From: a virus
Length of the DNA: 64,000 nt
Virus record (IMG/VR): IMGVR_UViG_3300027970_000001
Location: 75,211-139,210 of that record
Direction: 5' to 3' (one strand)
Position 1 is the stretch's first letter. Every line of letters begins with the position of its first letter. The translations under genes and the position numbers were made by a program. Of the stretch, positions 62,368 to 64,000 are shown in pieces. The notes beneath the pieces are model-generated. The model had not been told where the DNA came from. It was given only the letters and a program-made list of their open reading frames with translations, and did not search any database.

Positions 62368-63100
62368 GCGGGGCCAAACCTAGCCCACCCAATGAGCCCC
62401 TGTGCTTATCGGCAACGCAGCCGAAAATCCGGCCTTTGCTGATAGTGCTCCACAAGTGCCCGATTTCCCTGGACTTTTTGTGGACCTCGACAAAAGATAG
62501 GGGTCCATCTATGCCGCCGACTGACATCGAGGTCGACCCTGGTCATGGGCCGCGCGCCCGCGCGCCACGCGCGCTCCGCGCGCCCCGCGCCGCGCGGCGC
62601 ACCGCGCAACGCGGCGGACAACGCGGGCGAGCCGCGCGGCGGCCAGGGAGCGCGCAAGCTGGCCAGGGAGCGCGGCGCGGCGGCCAGGGAGGCGCCGGGG
62701 ACACCCGGAGCGTGCCGGGGCGTGCGCGCGAGGCGCGGCACCGGCCGGGAGAGGCACCGGCCAGGACCGACCAGGACGGTGTGAGCGCGGGTAGGAGTTG
62801 TCCTACATCAGCGCACCGCGTGAAACGCTGATATGTTTCACGGACGTGAGCGGACTCACGCTGTTTGCAGCCCCGTGGAGGGGCCGCCATGGGGCGCGGG
62901 GAGCCGGACGTAGCGCGCGCCGTCCGGCAATTGGACGGCCGCCACGGGCCGCCTAGCGCCCCGGGCGGGCAATATCGCGCATGATACGCGCAGCCAACCT
63001 TGACCCTGGACCGGGCGGCTGGCACGGTAGCTGCTACGTGCGGGCGGCGCGCGGGGTGAGAGCAGACGCGACGGGCGGGGAGCAAAGCTGGCGACCCTGC

Positions 63101-63129
63101 TTGACAGCCTCCCGGGGACGCCCTATAGT
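63101..63129 (+). promoter_or_regulatory. consensus sigma70-type promoter
   Basis: TTGACA-17 nt-TATAGT. Confidence 0.75.
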
Positions 63130-63475
63130 CCGGTCTCTCCCCGCTCGTACGCGGGGGGGGACAGCCTCTCACGGGAGGCCGGATCGGCAGTCGCCTCGCC
63201 GCGCGAGCGGTCGCACCAGGGAGCCCTCTCGCGGGGGGGAGCTAGCCCCTCAGGCGCGGGTAGAGCCAGGACGGTCGCCAGCGGGGGGGGAGAGACTACG
63301 GCCGACGCGCCCGGGCGCGGCGGCCAGCTACCAGCGGACGCCGGGGGGATGCTCCCGGCCCCGCGCTAGCGCGCAGCGGTCGGGGCACGTCCCCGGGCAT
63401 CGCTGCGCGGTAGCGCGGGGCGGCAGAGTGCCGTCGCGCAAGATGCCCCCACGGGGGGCAGAGGAGGGTGACATC

Positions 63476-63847
63476 ATGGGCGGAGTCTACGCGGGAGTCT
63501 ACGCGGGGGAGAGCGGCGAGGAGCACGCGCGCGCGTGCGGCGGCGGCCGGGAGTGGATCGTGCGGTCGGCGGCGGCGGCGATGCCGAGTAGCTGCTGGGG
63601 CCGCTACCGGCGCGTAGCCGTCGTCGAGGTCGCGCCCGGGGCGCGACCGGCGATCGTGTCGTCCAGGTCGCGCGGCGTGATCGCGATCCGGGCGACCTGG
63701 GAGCGGCGCCACGTCGGCCGCCGCGCGAGCGGCCGGTGCGCCTACCTGCGCGCGGTGGCCGAGGCGTGCGATCTCGCTGAGCGGCTGGCGGCCGAGGCGT
63801 GCGATCTCGCTGAGCGGCTGGCGGCCGAGGCGGGGGGTGTCTCGTGA
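63476..63847 (+). CDS. phage-type hypothetical protein
   Basis: GAGGAGG RBS; MPSSCWGRYRRVAVVEV...TWE; terminal 33-bp duplication (AEACDLAERLA x2). Confidence 0.65.
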   Translation: MGGVYAGVYAGESGEEHARACGGGREWIVRSAAAAMPSSCWGRYRRVAVVEVAPGARPAIVSSRSRGVIAIRATWERRHVGRRASGRCAYLRAVAEACDLAERLAAEACDLAERLAAEAGGVS

Positions 63848-64000
63848 GCGGCGGCGGCGATACGCCGGTCCGCGCCACGTGGGCCCGCCTCCGCGACGGC
63901 GCGTGGGGACTGCGGTGCGAGGACGCCGTCGCCACGGGCGACGTCGTCCGCGCCGAGCGGCGTAGCGGCGCGTCGGCCCTCGTGAGGGTCGGGCGCGTCG
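63844..64000 (+). CDS. small phage-type protein, runs off the window
   Basis: GTGA coupling; ATWARLRDGAWGLR...GDVVRAERRSG. Confidence 0.55.
   Translation, partial: MSGGGDTPVRATWARLRDGAWGLRCEDAVATGDVVRAERRSGASALVRVGRV

Noticed and set aside
62440-62485. DnaA boxes (inverted TCCACA words)
   Set aside because: Only partial matches to TTATCCACA, and only two copies
62781-62860. Hammerhead ribozyme (CTGA and GAAAC words present)
   Set aside because: No CUGANGA-stem II-GAAA order on either strand
62509-63475. Arg/Ala/Gly-rich ORFs in the control region
   Set aside because: Low-complexity products expected from very high GC; no RBS or codon pattern
1-64000. Hydrophobic-x-x-Asn occurrences inside folded domains
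   Set aside because: Expected by chance; only terminal, boundary or tag-adjacent instances were counted

Overview
This window looks like a 64 kb fragment of a large, high-GC prokaryotic virus. No portal, terminase, sheath, tape-measure or HK97 capsid gene is recognisable. Almost all genes lie on the minus strand, and a roughly 1.1 kb non-coding switch region near 62.4-63.5 kb precedes a plus-strand block. The left half (1-31 kb) is accessory or cargo genes: GNAT, NUDIX, about six ADP-ribosyltransferase-like domains, a polyvalent protein, two PcfJ-like proteins, a GHKL ATPase-HExxH fusion, a SNF2 helicase, a J-domain protein, GP88-like, DUF192 and tRNA-Leu(TAG). The right half (32-62 kb) is a putative virion module: three beta-rich capsid-like proteins interrupted by a LAGLIDADG-ibrAB cassette, a giant basic core/membrane protein, about 15 small single-pass membrane proteins and a transglutaminase-like Cys protease. 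The most striking unexplained pattern is a shared peptide grammar across dozens of unrelated proteins. (1) A hydrophobic-x-x-Asn motif sits at domain boundaries and next to polybasic [KR][KR]TS[KR][KR] or poly-Arg tags. (2) An M-[ST]-Y...G-[LMF]-G motif lies on the opposite side of the membrane anchors and often fits the adenovirus-protease consensus. I infer a virion addressing and proteolytic maturation system in a tailless, membrane-containing virus. All family names come from motif recognition and memory, not database searches, and start codons were adjusted by eye.
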